A stretch of 64,000 bases of DNA, taken from IMG/VR virus record IMGVR_UViG_3300037755_000512. One strand, given 5' to 3'. The translations under genes were made by a program, and so were the position numbers. The stretch comes from a virus. This document shows positions 27,765 to 38,420 of this stretch, piece after piece. The notes beneath the pieces were generated by a model. It was not told where the DNA came from and searched no databases. It saw nothing but the letters and a program-made list of their open reading frames with translations. Each line of letters starts with the position of its first letter. Position 1 is the first letter of the stretch.

Positions 27765-28561
27765 TATGCTTTAGGTTTTTCGGGTTGAACACCAGCGCCG
27801 ACTATGAGCTCTAAGGCTCTCTGTAGAACTGTGGCTTCATACTCGGGCGGAACAGGGTACGGATCGTTCTCACCAAGAAGGGCAGGGTCAATGATAAGCA
27901 GTTTAACCTTTACGGTCGGAGAGGGTTGATCCGTAAACATCACCTTCCGGCCCTCTACATAAAACCCAACAGAGTCTTCGAGTAGCGCTTCATCGAGTGA
28001 TCCTAGTAAATCCCAAGCCGCAGTCGTTATAGGTATATATGCCAAGCCAGCAGAAGACACTACAGACCACACCCCCATATCCTGAGGGAGGTGTATAGGA
28101 TATGCTGGTAGTTTAAGTAAGAATCTTACAATTACAGACAATGTTCCGGTCTCTCCTGTAGGATCTGGTGATACACCAGAGAATACCGATCCGGCAAATG
28201 AATCGTAACTGTATATACTGTTCCCTATCTTAACAAACCCACTCGACGGAACTTCTGTTGTTGATATGGATGAGTCAACCGTTATTGAATTTGTGGTGAC
28301 GGTACTTATTGTATATGTGGTCGTTGCCAGTTTCTGAGATACTGTCTGATTATCATAAGTGGCAATCATACAGGAAGGAATCTCAATCTCTGCCAGTCTT
28401 GCTTTCTTCTTTGGCTCCATAGCAAGAGTTTCGTGAGTCGCCTGAACAACATAAAGCTTCGCCTCACGATCCTCGAGGGTAGGCTTGATGTTTTCACCCT
28501 CGCCGACGAATCTGGCGTAATTTCTTCTCAGCTGCTCGGTTAACTTATTGAGTGTTGTCAT
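27764..28561 (-). CDS. tail-associated protein sharing an N-terminal module with the 1149-aa fibre
   Basis: ...SIYSYDSFAGSVFSGVSPDPTGETGTLSV... parallels ...NVYTYNSFSSNTFAGVSPSPVGETGTVKV... in the neighbouring gene. Confidence 0.55.
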   Translation of the reverse strand: MTTLNKLTEQLRRNYARFVGEGENIKPTLEDREAKLYVVQATHETLAMEPKKKARLAEIEIPSCMIATYDNQTVSQKLATTTYTISTVTTNSITVDSSISTTEVPSSGFVKIGNSIYSYDSFAGSVFSGVSPDPTGETGTLSVIVRFLLKLPAYPIHLPQDMGVWSVVSSAGLAYIPITTAAWDLLGSLDEALLEDSVGFYVEGRKVMFTDQPSPTVKVKLLIIDPALLGENDPYPVPPEYEATVLQRALELIVGAGVQPEKPKA

Positions 28562-29187
28562 TATTTGCTTGGAGGGTTGTCAGACATACCGATTACAACA
28601 GCCTCTTGATTTTGAGTGCCAGCACCTAAGTACAATAAGGCTCTACGGATTATTTCGCCTGACACGGTGGTGTCAAACTCTACATCAATTGAATTTCCCG
28701 CATCAAATGTTTCGCCACGACCGTCTCCGTCAGGGGTGGTTGCATAAACAAAATCAACCGGCGCTCGGAAGTAGTCTAGGTCGATCGATGGGTATTCTTC
28801 TGGCTCGATAATAATTTGATTGTCCTGTATTTTTCCGATAGAATTATCGTCGTCAGGACCAAGGATATAGGAAGTAACCCTGTCTTGAAACTCCTCCTGC
28901 GTGAGGATTGTCCCTTCTTTTCCTGTATTGGTGACAAAGTTAATTTCCCTTACGAAATCAGACGGCAGGGGGCCTGCGCCAGAAGTTAGTGTTACAGAAC
29001 CCGTCTTTACAAACCGCTTAATCTTGGATGATATAAGGCCGGTTTGCCTGTATAAATCTAACTCAGAATTATACAGGTCATTGACCGCCATCTTAACAGC
29101 GGTAGAGATCATGGATTTCTTCACGAATCCACGTCTGGTCTTATTCAGGACAAGTCGTATTGAAGAGAATATGTGATCGATTACCAT
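28561..29187 (-). CDS. virion/tail protein (208 aa)
   Basis: ORF abutting the flanking structural genes. Confidence 0.5.
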   Translation of the reverse strand: MVIDHIFSSIRLVLNKTRRGFVKKSMISTAVKMAVNDLYNSELDLYRQTGLISSKIKRFVKTGSVTLTSGAGPLPSDFVREINFVTNTGKEGTILTQEEFQDRVTSYILGPDDDNSIGKIQDNQIIIEPEEYPSIDLDYFRAPVDFVYATTPDGDGRGETFDAGNSIDVEFDTTVSGEIIRRALLYLGAGTQNQEAVVIGMSDNPPSK

Positions 29188-29254
29188 CGTTTATACCATT
29201 GCGTGAATTCTACACAAAGGTACAAACGATGGTATTGATTACAGGATTTTCGGC

Positions 29255-29560
29255 CTACTTGTTTTTTGCTGGGATTTTGGTGGCGGCCGCCTTGACTTCG
29301 GAGGTGTAGGATAAAATTTGGGCTTTAACCAAAACAGTCAACGTTGCAGCCTGCTCAACGATGGTCGTCAATACTTCAAAGTCAGTGCTGTCCAGCTCAA
29401 GAGGTTTGTCGTTGTACAGTTTCAGGGCCCAATCCCAGAGCTTAATGGAGTTACCTTTGTTTTCTTGAGAAAGTGCCCCCGCGAGTACTTTTCCGGCTGA
29501 CGTTCCTGTGATCTCTTCCCCAGACAGGTGTTTTAGCGTAAAATTTAAATCTAGCTTCAT
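29255..29560 (-). CDS. hypothetical virion protein
   Basis: 101-aa ORF; palindromic GCGTAAATATAACGC box upstream at 29590. Confidence 0.45.
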   Translation of the reverse strand: MKLDLNFTLKHLSGEEITGTSAGKVLAGALSQENKGNSIKLWDWALKLYNDKPLELDSTDFEVLTTIVEQAATLTVLVKAQILSYTSEVKAAATKIPAKNK

Positions 29561-29627
29561 TTTTTGTTTGTGTTAATGATTACGATTAAGGCGTAAATAT
29601 AACGCAATGAGTCATATAAAACAAGGG

Positions 29628-29963
29628 TTAGGTAGTAATAATTGCTGGCCCTGACAGGCCATCATTATACACCTTTCTCTTCCATGCTTGGTTATGGTTG
29701 ATAAGGGAGGTTCTTAGCTTGTCATCAATCCAAGCTTGAGCGAATTGACCTTTTGTTTGCGGGTTAGGCACCTGATTTCCGTTACCGTCATTAACTGTGT
29801 CTGTATATCCATTAAGATAACATACACCGTCAAGGGTGTTGTTAACCTCTGCGTCCGGAATTTGTGCATTTGCTGAAAGTGTTAGTGGCATATTCGTATT
29901 ATTTAGTTTATGATATGTTAAAAATTCTTCTTGTTGCAGGAGGCGCGGCGTCTGGGATCTCAA
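29628..29963 (-). CDS. hypothetical protein
   Basis: 111-aa ORF. Confidence 0.4.
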   Translation of the reverse strand: MRSQTPRLLQQEEFLTYHKLNNTNMPLTLSANAQIPDAEVNNTLDGVCYLNGYTDTVNDGNGNQVPNPQTKGQFAQAWIDDKLRTSLINHNQAWKRKVYNDGLSGPAIITT

Positions 29964-30402
29964 ACACTACCCAGCTAATTTCAACAGTCCTCCTGTTTCC
30001 ACCAGCTCCACCGGTGGTGCCCGTTGATGTTAATTGAAGTGTTAAATCTGAATAATCAGTTACTGATTCGGTAATTACAATCTCAATCGTAGTAAATTCA
30101 TCCGTAAGATTCGCCTCTACTGTGCCAGATTGAACTGATACACCACCTTGTAATAAATCATAATCAAGACCACGCTGATTTCCACCTTCCGCCCCTTTTC
30201 TTGTTCGAACATATAAGCTACGAACACCAGACTCTGGCGTACTGACTGCGCCCATATCCAATTCGCAGGTAGTATTAGAACTGTTTGGACATTCAATAAA
30301 ATCTATATCGTCAGGGTCACCCTCATCCAGTTTGCTCCATAATGGAGATGTGAACCATGTTCCAAATGATATATCGTCTTCTGGTCTGCTAAACTGTGCC
30401 AT
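29908..30402 (-). CDS. hypothetical tail-associated protein
   Basis: 164-aa ORF immediately downstream of the giant fibre gene. Confidence 0.45.
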   Translation of the reverse strand: MAQFSRPEDDISFGTWFTSPLWSKLDEGDPDDIDFIECPNSSNTTCELDMGAVSTPESGVRSLYVRTRKGAEGGNQRGLDYDLLQGGVSVQSGTVEANLTDEFTTIEIVITESVTDYSDLTLQLTSTGTTGGAGGNRRTVEISWVVFEIPDAAPPATRRIFNIS

Positions 30403-33400
30403 TAATCTTCAGTATAACTTAGTGTAACATTTAGCTCGTCAACCGTGCCAGATTGCGCTGTGGTTTCCAGCCATACCCAGCTTCCTGCGGGTATAGTCGC
30501 ATCTGAGAACGATCCAGATGTAAACTCTGATCCCGTGGTTTGTCCTGTTATAGCCTGAGCAGATGTTAGAATCGCATTACCGGCAGCACTTCTGTCTGTG
30601 CTGTGTCTTACTTGAATGGTTACGGACGGCGTAGTTCCACGAACAACAGCATTAATTTGATGTACTGTTATTGCTTTATCCGTGAACCACATTGTAATAT
30701 CTTCTGCATTCGTAGGGCTTTCTACAGTAACACCCTTGGTTAACAAACTCTGAAGATTATAAACTCTTCCTGTTGTGTCCTTACTCTTTAGTACACCACT
30801 TTCGCTGTAGATGTATGCAGAGCTCGTTGGTGTTGATGGCACCGAACTAGTATTATTAACAAGTATATTTCCATCAGAATCAACGCTAAATCTATCTATT
30901 CCTCCAGCAGCCTCAAGCAATAATAGCGTTCCAGAAAAATTCCCCCTCACCTGAAGAGTTGCTGAAAGAGCTGTGTTTTCTAATAAACCAACACCAAACT
31001 GCGTATTTGCTATATCATTAGAAACTGAAGCTCCCTGACCAAGCAATTTATACAAATAAATGCCATTATTAGCATGGCTTATTACCATGTCATACCTACG
31101 ACCTGTTGCAGTATCTACATCTAATGTCATACTGTCATCATGCCACGAAATACCAAGACCAGAAGAATCTCCTGTAAGGGAGAGTATTCCTCGTTTTGTG
31201 CCTGACGAATCTCTTACACCAACGCCAAATGCGCCGTCGGCACTAATTCTAACAACCTTGGTTGCTTGGGTATATAATTCTATTGAAGCGTCGGCGTTTG
31301 AGAACAAGTCAGTGGTCACTCTAAAATTACCTCTGCTTGTTATCCGTATAATCTCATCATACGCTCCACCATTAATAGACGCTAGAAGCCTCCAGTCACC
31401 TGTTGGGGCAGCTGCGCCCTGTACAGGCAAAACATAAGTTGCAAATCGAACCGACTGACTTGCTGCTGTTGCATTTGTTTTCCATCCCTGCCCCTCCCAC
31501 ACTACTGAAGGAGATATTTGTTGAACACCATCAGCAGCAGCTGTAGTGTTGACGAATAGCGCCCCAGCACCATTTGTTTGAGTTGTTCCAAGAGAATCAA
31601 ATTGATAAGACAGGATATTTGTAGCTGTTCCTACTATTGTGTTTGCTCCAGTAAGAGTTCCTCCACTGGCTAATAGCCATGATGGGGCTCCGCCAAGCGA
31701 TCCAGCTGTACGATATTTAATCTCTCCTGTTGACCCATCACGAACCAGCACCTGAGTAAGGGTATCATCATTTGCCGGCGCTTCTACAATCGCAATTTTA
31801 CCGGACCCGAAATATGCGGCCCAGTGAGTACCTAGAACTGAAGTAACTGTTGGGTTATAGTATATTCCATAAGCATTACCAGTTGCTGCAACTGTAAAAT
31901 TATAAGTAGGCGAAAGCTCAATAGCTGCTACATTACCTACGTTTGTATCGTCTGCCCAATTCCATGTTATATTGAAGGCATAGGGTCTGGTCGCATTAGC
32001 AGTTACTCCAGTGTTATCTAATTTGAATTTATAACCTGAGTTTGTGAATCTTAGATTCAGAGTATTTGTATCTATACTCTTCATTCCACCTACAGTAATC
32101 CAATCAATACCACCTTGAAATCCAACATCTACACCAATAATATTTGATCCATAACTTATTAAACCTCCGTTTGTATTCGAAATTACCCATCCTGAAGCGG
32201 CAGCTTGTCGTTCAAATCTTACAATATTTGAATATGAGGAGCTTCCTTTCACCGTAATTAATGCTGTATTTGGAGTTGCGGTGTTAAATATAACAGCCCC
32301 ATCGTTCTGAACAGTTAAGATTGGAGTGTTTGCATCATCAGCAAATCTAGCAATGTTGCCTCCACTAATACCGTTTACTGCTAATGAAGTATTAGTTACA
32401 GGAGCTGTTCTAACAGATACTTCACCATCAGAATTAATTTGAAAAGCATCTGTCCAAGTTATTACACCATCAGCAGTTCCTGATTGGGCTACCCTCATTA
32501 GAAAACCAAAATTATCCCCAATCCTTAGTGTATTTGCCGACCCAGTAGCTTTATATCGCCAATTGCCATCATGATAAGCATTTGTTGCCAAATTAGAAAA
32601 TGCAGCACTTCCAGATAAACCATAAAACCAAGCAACACCGGGCATTTCAATAGCATTTCCTGAACTCCACGCCTCAATATCAGTGGTGTTAACACCTAAA
32701 TTACCGTCTCCACGAATAGTAAATTTTCTATCTGAGTTTACATTAACTCCACCATTATTATTGATTGCAAAAGCAAATTCTACTGGAACAGTTGATTCGC
32801 TAATTGCTCCGTTGGACATTAAAGCCAATGTAGCATAAAGAGCATAAGTAGTTGTATTTCTTACCTCCCATATAAATTGACCAAGACGATCACCGTTATC
32901 TACCACAGTTGGAGATGATCTTGACCCCCTTGACGTCTTAATATTAACTACAGCATGATTTAAATTACTTACGTGAGATCCTAATGTAAAGAATCTGTCA
33001 CTAGTTATAGCACTTTCTGTATACCACTCAAATGAACCGACAGGAGTGTCAATGTTTGGGCCGATACCAAAATATCCTGAATTAAGAAGAACAACTTTTG
33101 GAGAGTCACTATCATCAGCAATCCTAAGAGCATTACCACCGCTTATTCCTCTTACATCAAGAGTAGTAGCAGCTGTAATTGTTCCAGTACTACCAACAAG
33201 AGCGCTAACTGCTATTTTTGTATTATCTACACTTAGTGTGTTAGTTCCTGCAATGTATTCAAATCCTGCTTCTGCACTTAAGCTTGCAACAACGCTAGAA
33301 TTATAATATGGTATTCTGTTAGCAGCATAAGAACCTGTTACAACTACTTCTCTAGTAATTGCTTGTTGTACTTTGAGGTTGCCATTATTAGTTAATATCC

Positions 33401-35981
33401 AAATGTCCCCTTGTACAGGAGTGGATGGATCACTCACCACATTACCTACATTAACCCCCGCTATAGTAGCATCAGGGGTAAAAGTTGTCCTGAATCCTCC
33501 ATCAATAGTAACATCACCTGTTAGAGTGGTTGTACCAGCTACCTTCCAAAACGCGGCGTTAGCTTGTGCTTGTGTGTATGCATCAGTTATTCCGTATCCT
33601 GCAAGAGTAGTGGGCGTGCTTGTGATCTTACCCCATGCTACGTCAGTTACTTTCGCGTCTGTAACGGCTCCTGCTGCCAGCTTGGCAGTAGTAACACCTA
33701 GATCGGCTATACCTACAACGCTGGCGTTATTGCCAACATCATCAATAGCATCTAAACCGTCTGTGAAATTGAGGTTAGTTCTGGCTGTTAATGGTGTTCC
33801 TGAATCTTGGATAGTGTGACCGCTTCCGCCACCAGCTCCTAGCGATATCCAAAAAGAGTTAATGTAAGCACGAAGCAGGTTATTGGTGCTGTCGTAATAC
33901 ACATCTCCATTTATAGGAGATGATGGATCAGCTGTGTGTGACCCAACATTAAGTCCTGCGTTTGTTGCGTCGGGATTAAATGTAATCCTTAGCCCATCTG
34001 TTATAGACGGTGCCACTGACCATACAGTACCAGATCCAAGGGTTTTGTTTGTAAGTGTTGCAGCAAGAGACTCTAGTACAAAAACACCATCTGCATCAGG
34101 GAATGTAAACGTTCTGGTTGTGGCCGCAGAAATTGATCCAGCCTCAAACTTTGCGACCTTCGTTTGTACAGCGCTATCAAGAATGCTGAAATTCGCATCA
34201 AGGAATGAGTGCGTACCAGTCCAAGCATAGTTGTCGCCAAGGGCTATTGTAAGCCCAGAGCTTAAAAGTAATTGCCAATTCGCTAGTATAGCGGGGTCTG
34301 TTCCTAATAACCTGTAAGAGTCAGATGTATCGGTACGAACAGCAATGTCGCCTTTCTTTGCAGAGAGAGCGAGCATGTTGGCTTCAGACGAAACCACAAA
34401 AGTATCTTGTCCGGTTACGTCGGTGATTTTAGTAAACGCAAGTGAAGTAATCCAAGATGGGTTTGGATAAGATCCAGCTATGGAAACAACAGCACCCGAA
34501 TCCAACTCAAGAGCACTTCCTGTAAATTGCAGGCCATACCCAAGAGATATTTCAGCGACATTAGCCAGAGCACCGCTTGCGTTACCAAGCAGACTAGAGG
34601 CTGTTACCTGTTGTATCTTCCCATAACTCCATAAATTATTTGGGGCCATACCCACAGTCAAAGAACCAAAGCTCAGTGTGCCTGATGTTCTTCGTAATAC
34701 CTGTTCATCGGCAGACGCAGTTATGTCTGCGACATCAGCCAGCGACGCCGTGGCATTGCCAATAACAGATCTGGCGACAGACTGACGGATGTGCGTGTTA
34801 AGCACAGCGTTAGTTCCTATGCCAACCACACTCGCGTCGTTGCCAGAGTCGTCAATAGCAACAAGTCCATTGTTGAAATTTAAGCTAGATCTGTTGGTTA
34901 ACGGAGATCCGTCATTCTGAATAGTGTGTCCCGTGCCGCCCGTTAGATCAAAGGTTATTGTCTTTCCAGAGGCTGATATGCTCAACCCTGTCCCGCCTAC
35001 GAATTTGAATGCGTCTGAAGGCTGGTTAACCACAGCCGCACCGTTAGATGTGATAATAGAGGCTAGGTCATTCTTTTCTTTTGATACACCAACAAGACCA
35101 GATTGTATTACAATATCGTCAAGCTGGAATCCAGTGGCATTACTTCCTTTCAATTCAATATACAGCGTGTCGAATTGACCGTTGTTAATTACAAGATCCT
35201 TTACAGGAATAGATATCAATTGATAAGTTCCGACAACACTTTGATCAAACCCGTATCGGCCATCGGTTACCGTAACGCCTGAAGAGACTTCAGTGGCACC
35301 GCTATATAATTTAACGACAAAACCTGCTGATGCGCCGAACGCCGCCTTCAGGTTTACATAAAATCTTATTACATCGTAGTCGGCAAACTCCTTAGGAGTG
35401 TCTACAAACTTTATGAACTGGCCATTAGTAAACGCACCTACATCAACATGTTTGGTTCCGGATAATGGATTGGTTGTTGCGGCAAAATTGACAGTACCAT
35501 TATCTGAACTGCCAGTCCACTCGGTATTCTCCAGATATACATCTTCGTTTATAACTCCCGCCGGTACTGTTGTTGCGGCATTAACACGAGCCGTGGTGAT
35601 GGCGATCTGAGTCAAAACATCAACCATAGCCCTGACAGGGTTGACCGAAGGAACACCTGTAATTTTTATTGCGCCGGTAGCGTCTATCGCAATTGTATCA
35701 AGTCTTGGGTTGGCTGGATCTGCGGCGTCAAGTGTTACCTGAGTTGATCCGGCTGGATAACGGACTCCCTGAATGTAGTATACCGGCCAGCGAACATCAA
35801 ATGTAAGGCCTGTTCCGGTCCATGTTGCTGTAGCAATCCCAGTAAACCCTGTATATGGGTTCCAGTCTTGTCCTGTCTGATATAACTCGTCAGCGTTATC
35901 ATTAATCTTGATAAACGCATTTCTTAAAAGATCACCAGTTCCGTCGTTAGGAGCTGCACCAACATTTACAAGTTGCTTCAT
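30402..35981 (-). CDS. giant tail fibre protein (1859 aa) with internal duplicated modules
   Basis: 5.6-kb ORF, Gly/Ser/Thr/Asn-rich beta composition; duplicated segment GGTGHTIQNDGSPLTNRSSLNFNNGLVAIDDSGNDASVVGI vs GGGSGHTIQDSGTPLTARTNLNFTDGLDAIDDVGNNASVVGI. Confidence 0.65.
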   Translation of the reverse strand: MKQLVNVGAAPNDGTGDLLRNAFIKINDNADELYQTGQDWNPYTGFTGIATATWTGTGLTFDVRWPVYYIQGVRYPAGSTQVTLDAADPANPRLDTIAIDATGAIKITGVPSVNPVRAMVDVLTQIAITTARVNAATTVPAGVINEDVYLENTEWTGSSDNGTVNFAATTNPLSGTKHVDVGAFTNGQFIKFVDTPKEFADYDVIRFYVNLKAAFGASAGFVVKLYSGATEVSSGVTVTDGRYGFDQSVVGTYQLISIPVKDLVINNGQFDTLYIELKGSNATGFQLDDIVIQSGLVGVSKEKNDLASIITSNGAAVVNQPSDAFKFVGGTGLSISASGKTITFDLTGGTGHTIQNDGSPLTNRSSLNFNNGLVAIDDSGNDASVVGIGTNAVLNTHIRQSVARSVIGNATASLADVADITASADEQVLRRTSGTLSFGSLTVGMAPNNLWSYGKIQQVTASSLLGNASGALANVAEISLGYGLQFTGSALELDSGAVVSIAGSYPNPSWITSLAFTKITDVTGQDTFVVSSEANMLALSAKKGDIAVRTDTSDSYRLLGTDPAILANWQLLLSSGLTIALGDNYAWTGTHSFLDANFSILDSAVQTKVAKFEAGSISAATTRTFTFPDADGVFVLESLAATLTNKTLGSGTVWSVAPSITDGLRITFNPDATNAGLNVGSHTADPSSPINGDVYYDSTNNLLRAYINSFWISLGAGGGSGHTIQDSGTPLTARTNLNFTDGLDAIDDVGNNASVVGIADLGVTTAKLAAGAVTDAKVTDVAWGKITSTPTTLAGYGITDAYTQAQANAAFWKVAGTTTLTGDVTIDGGFRTTFTPDATIAGVNVGNVVSDPSTPVQGDIWILTNNGNLKVQQAITREVVVTGSYAANRIPYYNSSVVASLSAEAGFEYIAGTNTLSVDNTKIAVSALVGSTGTITAATTLDVRGISGGNALRIADDSDSPKVVLLNSGYFGIGPNIDTPVGSFEWYTESAITSDRFFTLGSHVSNLNHAVVNIKTSRGSRSSPTVVDNGDRLGQFIWEVRNTTTYALYATLALMSNGAISESTVPVEFAFAINNNGGVNVNSDRKFTIRGDGNLGVNTTDIEAWSSGNAIEMPGVAWFYGLSGSAAFSNLATNAYHDGNWRYKATGSANTLRIGDNFGFLMRVAQSGTADGVITWTDAFQINSDGEVSVRTAPVTNTSLAVNGISGGNIARFADDANTPILTVQNDGAVIFNTATPNTALITVKGSSSYSNIVRFERQAAASGWVISNTNGGLISYGSNIIGVDVGFQGGIDWITVGGMKSIDTNTLNLRFTNSGYKFKLDNTGVTANATRPYAFNITWNWADDTNVGNVAAIELSPTYNFTVAATGNAYGIYYNPTVTSVLGTHWAAYFGSGKIAIVEAPANDDTLTQVLVRDGSTGEIKYRTAGSLGGAPSWLLASGGTLTGANTIVGTATNILSYQFDSLGTTQTNGAGALFVNTTAAADGVQQISPSVVWEGQGWKTNATAASQSVRFATYVLPVQGAAAPTGDWRLLASINGGAYDEIIRITSRGNFRVTTDLFSNADASIELYTQATKVVRISADGAFGVGVRDSSGTKRGILSLTGDSSGLGISWHDDSMTLDVDTATGRRYDMVISHANNGIYLYKLLGQGASVSNDIANTQFGVGLLENTALSATLQVRGNFSGTLLLLEAAGGIDRFSVDSDGNILVNNTSSVPSTPTSSAYIYSESGVLKSKDTTGRVYNLQSLLTKGVTVESPTNAEDITMWFTDKAITVHQINAVVRGTTPSVTIQVRHSTDRSAAGNAILTSAQAITGQTTGSEFTSGSFSDATIPAGSWVWLETTAQSGTVDELNVTLSYTED

Positions 35982-36193
35982 AAGCTATAGTCAGCGGTAA
36001 TTAAAGTTGTGTCGGCCTTCAGCAACGTTGTGTCGGCCCTGTGTATTTGTTGTTGAGACTCTGGCGCCTGAGCTAAAATCAGATCACCTATCTCTGAGTT
36101 TCCGTGGACAGATAGCGCCCCTTGTTCAGATCTTTTTCCGCGGACAAATAGATTTGAACCCTCGGATTGCCCAACTATAAACAGCTCATCCAT
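35978..36193 (-). CDS. hypothetical small protein
   Basis: 71-aa ORF with 4-bp overlaps to both neighbours. Confidence 0.35.
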   Translation of the reverse strand: MDELFIVGQSEGSNLFVRGKRSEQGALSVHGNSEIGDLILAQAPESQQQIHRADTTLLKADTTLITADYSL

Positions 36194-36570
36194 TACGGCA
36201 CATTTTCAACATCGAGCAGTTCTTCGTCTACTATTATCGTATAGGCAGAATCTTCGAGGTCAGCGTCAGGGACAACGAATGTGTAATAGGCAACCACCTT
36301 TCCCCCTTTGAACTTGGATGATACAGTGGTTGATATCTCAAGTTCAATCTCGTTGAGAGCAGTACCTGCCCTTAAATAGCTATCCGGAAAGGCATAAGAC
36401 TGGATAGTAACCCCGTTTTGAACCAAGTCAACAGACATAGTTGTAAACTCGGTTCTGTTAAAGTCTGTCTTGTCTTTTTTCTTTAGAAACCTTTTGATTA
36501 AGGCATTCTCACCCTTCTTGATATTCAGCATAGATTTAGACTGTTTCTTCCTCCCATTCGAATTCCACAT
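36193..36570 (-). CDS. hypothetical virion protein
   Basis: 125-aa ORF. Confidence 0.45.
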   Translation of the reverse strand: MWNSNGRKKQSKSMLNIKKGENALIKRFLKKKDKTDFNRTEFTTMSVDLVQNGVTIQSYAFPDSYLRAGTALNEIELEISTTVSSKFKGGKVVAYYTFVVPDADLEDSAYTIIVDEELLDVENVP

Positions 36571-37060
36571 TCACCGTAACAGCTGTTGCTGGAGCCGTTG
36601 TAAACCTAAGACCAAGGCCTTCAGTTGCGGATCTTAGGATGGGCGCATTGTCATCATCAAACCTAAACACATGCTCTTCTGGACGCCCCGCCGCTGCGGG
36701 GGTTGTGGCCTGAGCTAAAAATCTTTTGCTGGCAATATCACCAACCAGTGTTCCTCCTGTGTTAACGGCAGTGTAACCTTTAAGCAAGGTTAAGATGGAT
36801 GCGGGAGAGATTAAGTCAATAGGTACTTTTGTTCCTTCTGTCGATGTGCCACCTGTTGGGAGGGCAGAGTATTTGCCTATAGCAAGAGACAGATAAGCAA
36901 TAGCGGTCAGTGTAGCGCCCGAGATTTTGATTGACCTTAATCTTATGATCTTTTTATTAGTGCCACCCATGACCGTGAATGGCTGAGTGGATGCAGGCGC
37001 CACCAAGGCGTTAAATACAGATCTGTATGTTCCTGTGTATTTTGATATGCTTCTCTTCAT
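36536..37060 (-). CDS. virion protein (174 aa, possible tail tube or decoration protein)
   Basis: Beta-rich; TACGCAAAGATAGT box upstream at 37078. Confidence 0.5.
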   Translation of the reverse strand: MKRSISKYTGTYRSVFNALVAPASTQPFTVMGGTNKKIIRLRSIKISGATLTAIAYLSLAIGKYSALPTGGTSTEGTKVPIDLISPASILTLLKGYTAVNTGGTLVGDIASKRFLAQATTPAAAGRPEEHVFRFDDDNAPILRSATEGLGLRFTTAPATAVTVNVEFEWEEETV

Positions 37061-37106
37061 TAACTTTGCGGATTATTTACGCAAAGATAGTGAGAAGTGT
37101 TTATGA

Positions 37107-37409
37107 TTACGGAAATTCGGGGTTGTTGCGGTTTCTGGCAGCTTCTAGTTTTTCAACCCTCTCGGTTAAGTTTTGGATGTGTTGTGTAAGAACCGATATC
37201 AATTGTGTGTACGCCACTGATTTGATGCCATCCCTGTTGGAATACACCAGATTTGCATACTCAGTTTCCTCCATGTCCTGAGCAATAAATCCGTATTGCA
37301 GCTTACTTCCGCCCTTCAGGGTAAACTGAACAGGCATGAGCTCCAGCAGTGTGCCAGTGTTTTTGATTGGCTCAATGTTTTCTTTGAGTGTTCTGTCAGA
37401 AATGTCCAT
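37107..37409 (-). CDS. hypothetical protein
   Basis: 100-aa ORF, followed on the plus strand by a GGGGCT...AGCCCC hairpin at 37421-37441. Confidence 0.45.
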   Translation of the reverse strand: MDISDRTLKENIEPIKNTGTLLELMPVQFTLKGGSKLQYGFIAQDMEETEYANLVYSNRDGIKSVAYTQLISVLTQHIQNLTERVEKLEAARNRNNPEFP

Positions 37410-37471
37410 TGTTAAAAAAAATAGGGGCTGTATTTCAAGCCCCCAGAATAGTGCCTTTTTGCAGGTAGATT

Positions 37472-38338
37472 TTATTCTTCGATTTTTCCTTCGTTGGCAC
37501 CCTCAAGCCCCTTGAGTTTCACCAATGATTCGGCGCCTTTCTTGGTGGTCAGGAATTTTGCAAAATCACCAACAGGTGACTTACCTATACCCTTGTCGAG
37601 TATGAATAGCAACGTGCCGTCCTTTGCGGTCCATGATCTTGTTGTTTTGTCATAAGCAATCCTCTCCGACTTCTTAAGGGCTTCGATTGTTTTGGCGTGG
37701 TCAGCGCCTGTAGGCTCAGAAGAAACTGAGGATTTCAGTAGTTTTTCAGCTTCACCCTTTTCGATCATCTCTTCCACTGTATCCCTGCGCGCAAACTCAG
37801 AAGATCCGACAGGCATGTTGTTGGCCCTCAGGAATGAAGTAATCTCTTCATCTGACATTGTGTCAACAAGATTGAATGCTTGCTGCTTATTTTTACGAAT
37901 CTTACGTAGTGTGTTGGAGTCGGTCGACTCATCGACGCGCTCAATTAGGATTGGAGCAGACTGATCCCTATTAGGATTATCGGCTAAATAATTTGACATC
38001 TCAATGAAGTCATAAATTTTTCTATGTTGAACCCTATTCCCGTGCAGCGTGAATTGACACAAGCCGGTTGCATCGAACCAAATATCGCCGAATACTGGCT
38101 GCATATTCGGGCCATAGTTCTTCACAAAAGCAATTTCGTAGGTCTTCCCCGTTTCAGGATCCGTTACGATATCCCTATTCGGAATACAAACATCCCTCAG
38201 ATTGTATTTTTTTGTGACAGGATTGTAAGAGTTGTAAAGCCTGTATTTAACTGTATCTTTTGAGCCTAGCGGCTTGATACGCTTCCTGATTTTAGAATCA
38301 TCAGGAACTTTGTTGATCTCGATAGCGATCTGTTGCAT
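37472..38338 (-). CDS. virion protein (288 aa) downstream of the capsid gene
   Basis: ORF position in the head-module gene order. Confidence 0.5.
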   Translation of the reverse strand: MQQIAIEINKVPDDSKIRKRIKPLGSKDTVKYRLYNSYNPVTKKYNLRDVCIPNRDIVTDPETGKTYEIAFVKNYGPNMQPVFGDIWFDATGLCQFTLHGNRVQHRKIYDFIEMSNYLADNPNRDQSAPILIERVDESTDSNTLRKIRKNKQQAFNLVDTMSDEEITSFLRANNMPVGSSEFARRDTVEEMIEKGEAEKLLKSSVSSEPTGADHAKTIEALKKSERIAYDKTTRSWTAKDGTLLFILDKGIGKSPVGDFAKFLTTKKGAESLVKLKGLEGANEGKIEE

Positions 38339-38420
38339 ATTAAATTATTGTTTGATTTTTCGAAATAATTAAAAGAAGAAGGAGGCCCCCTTTGTTGAAC
38401 CTCCTGCTTTTTATTCAGGA

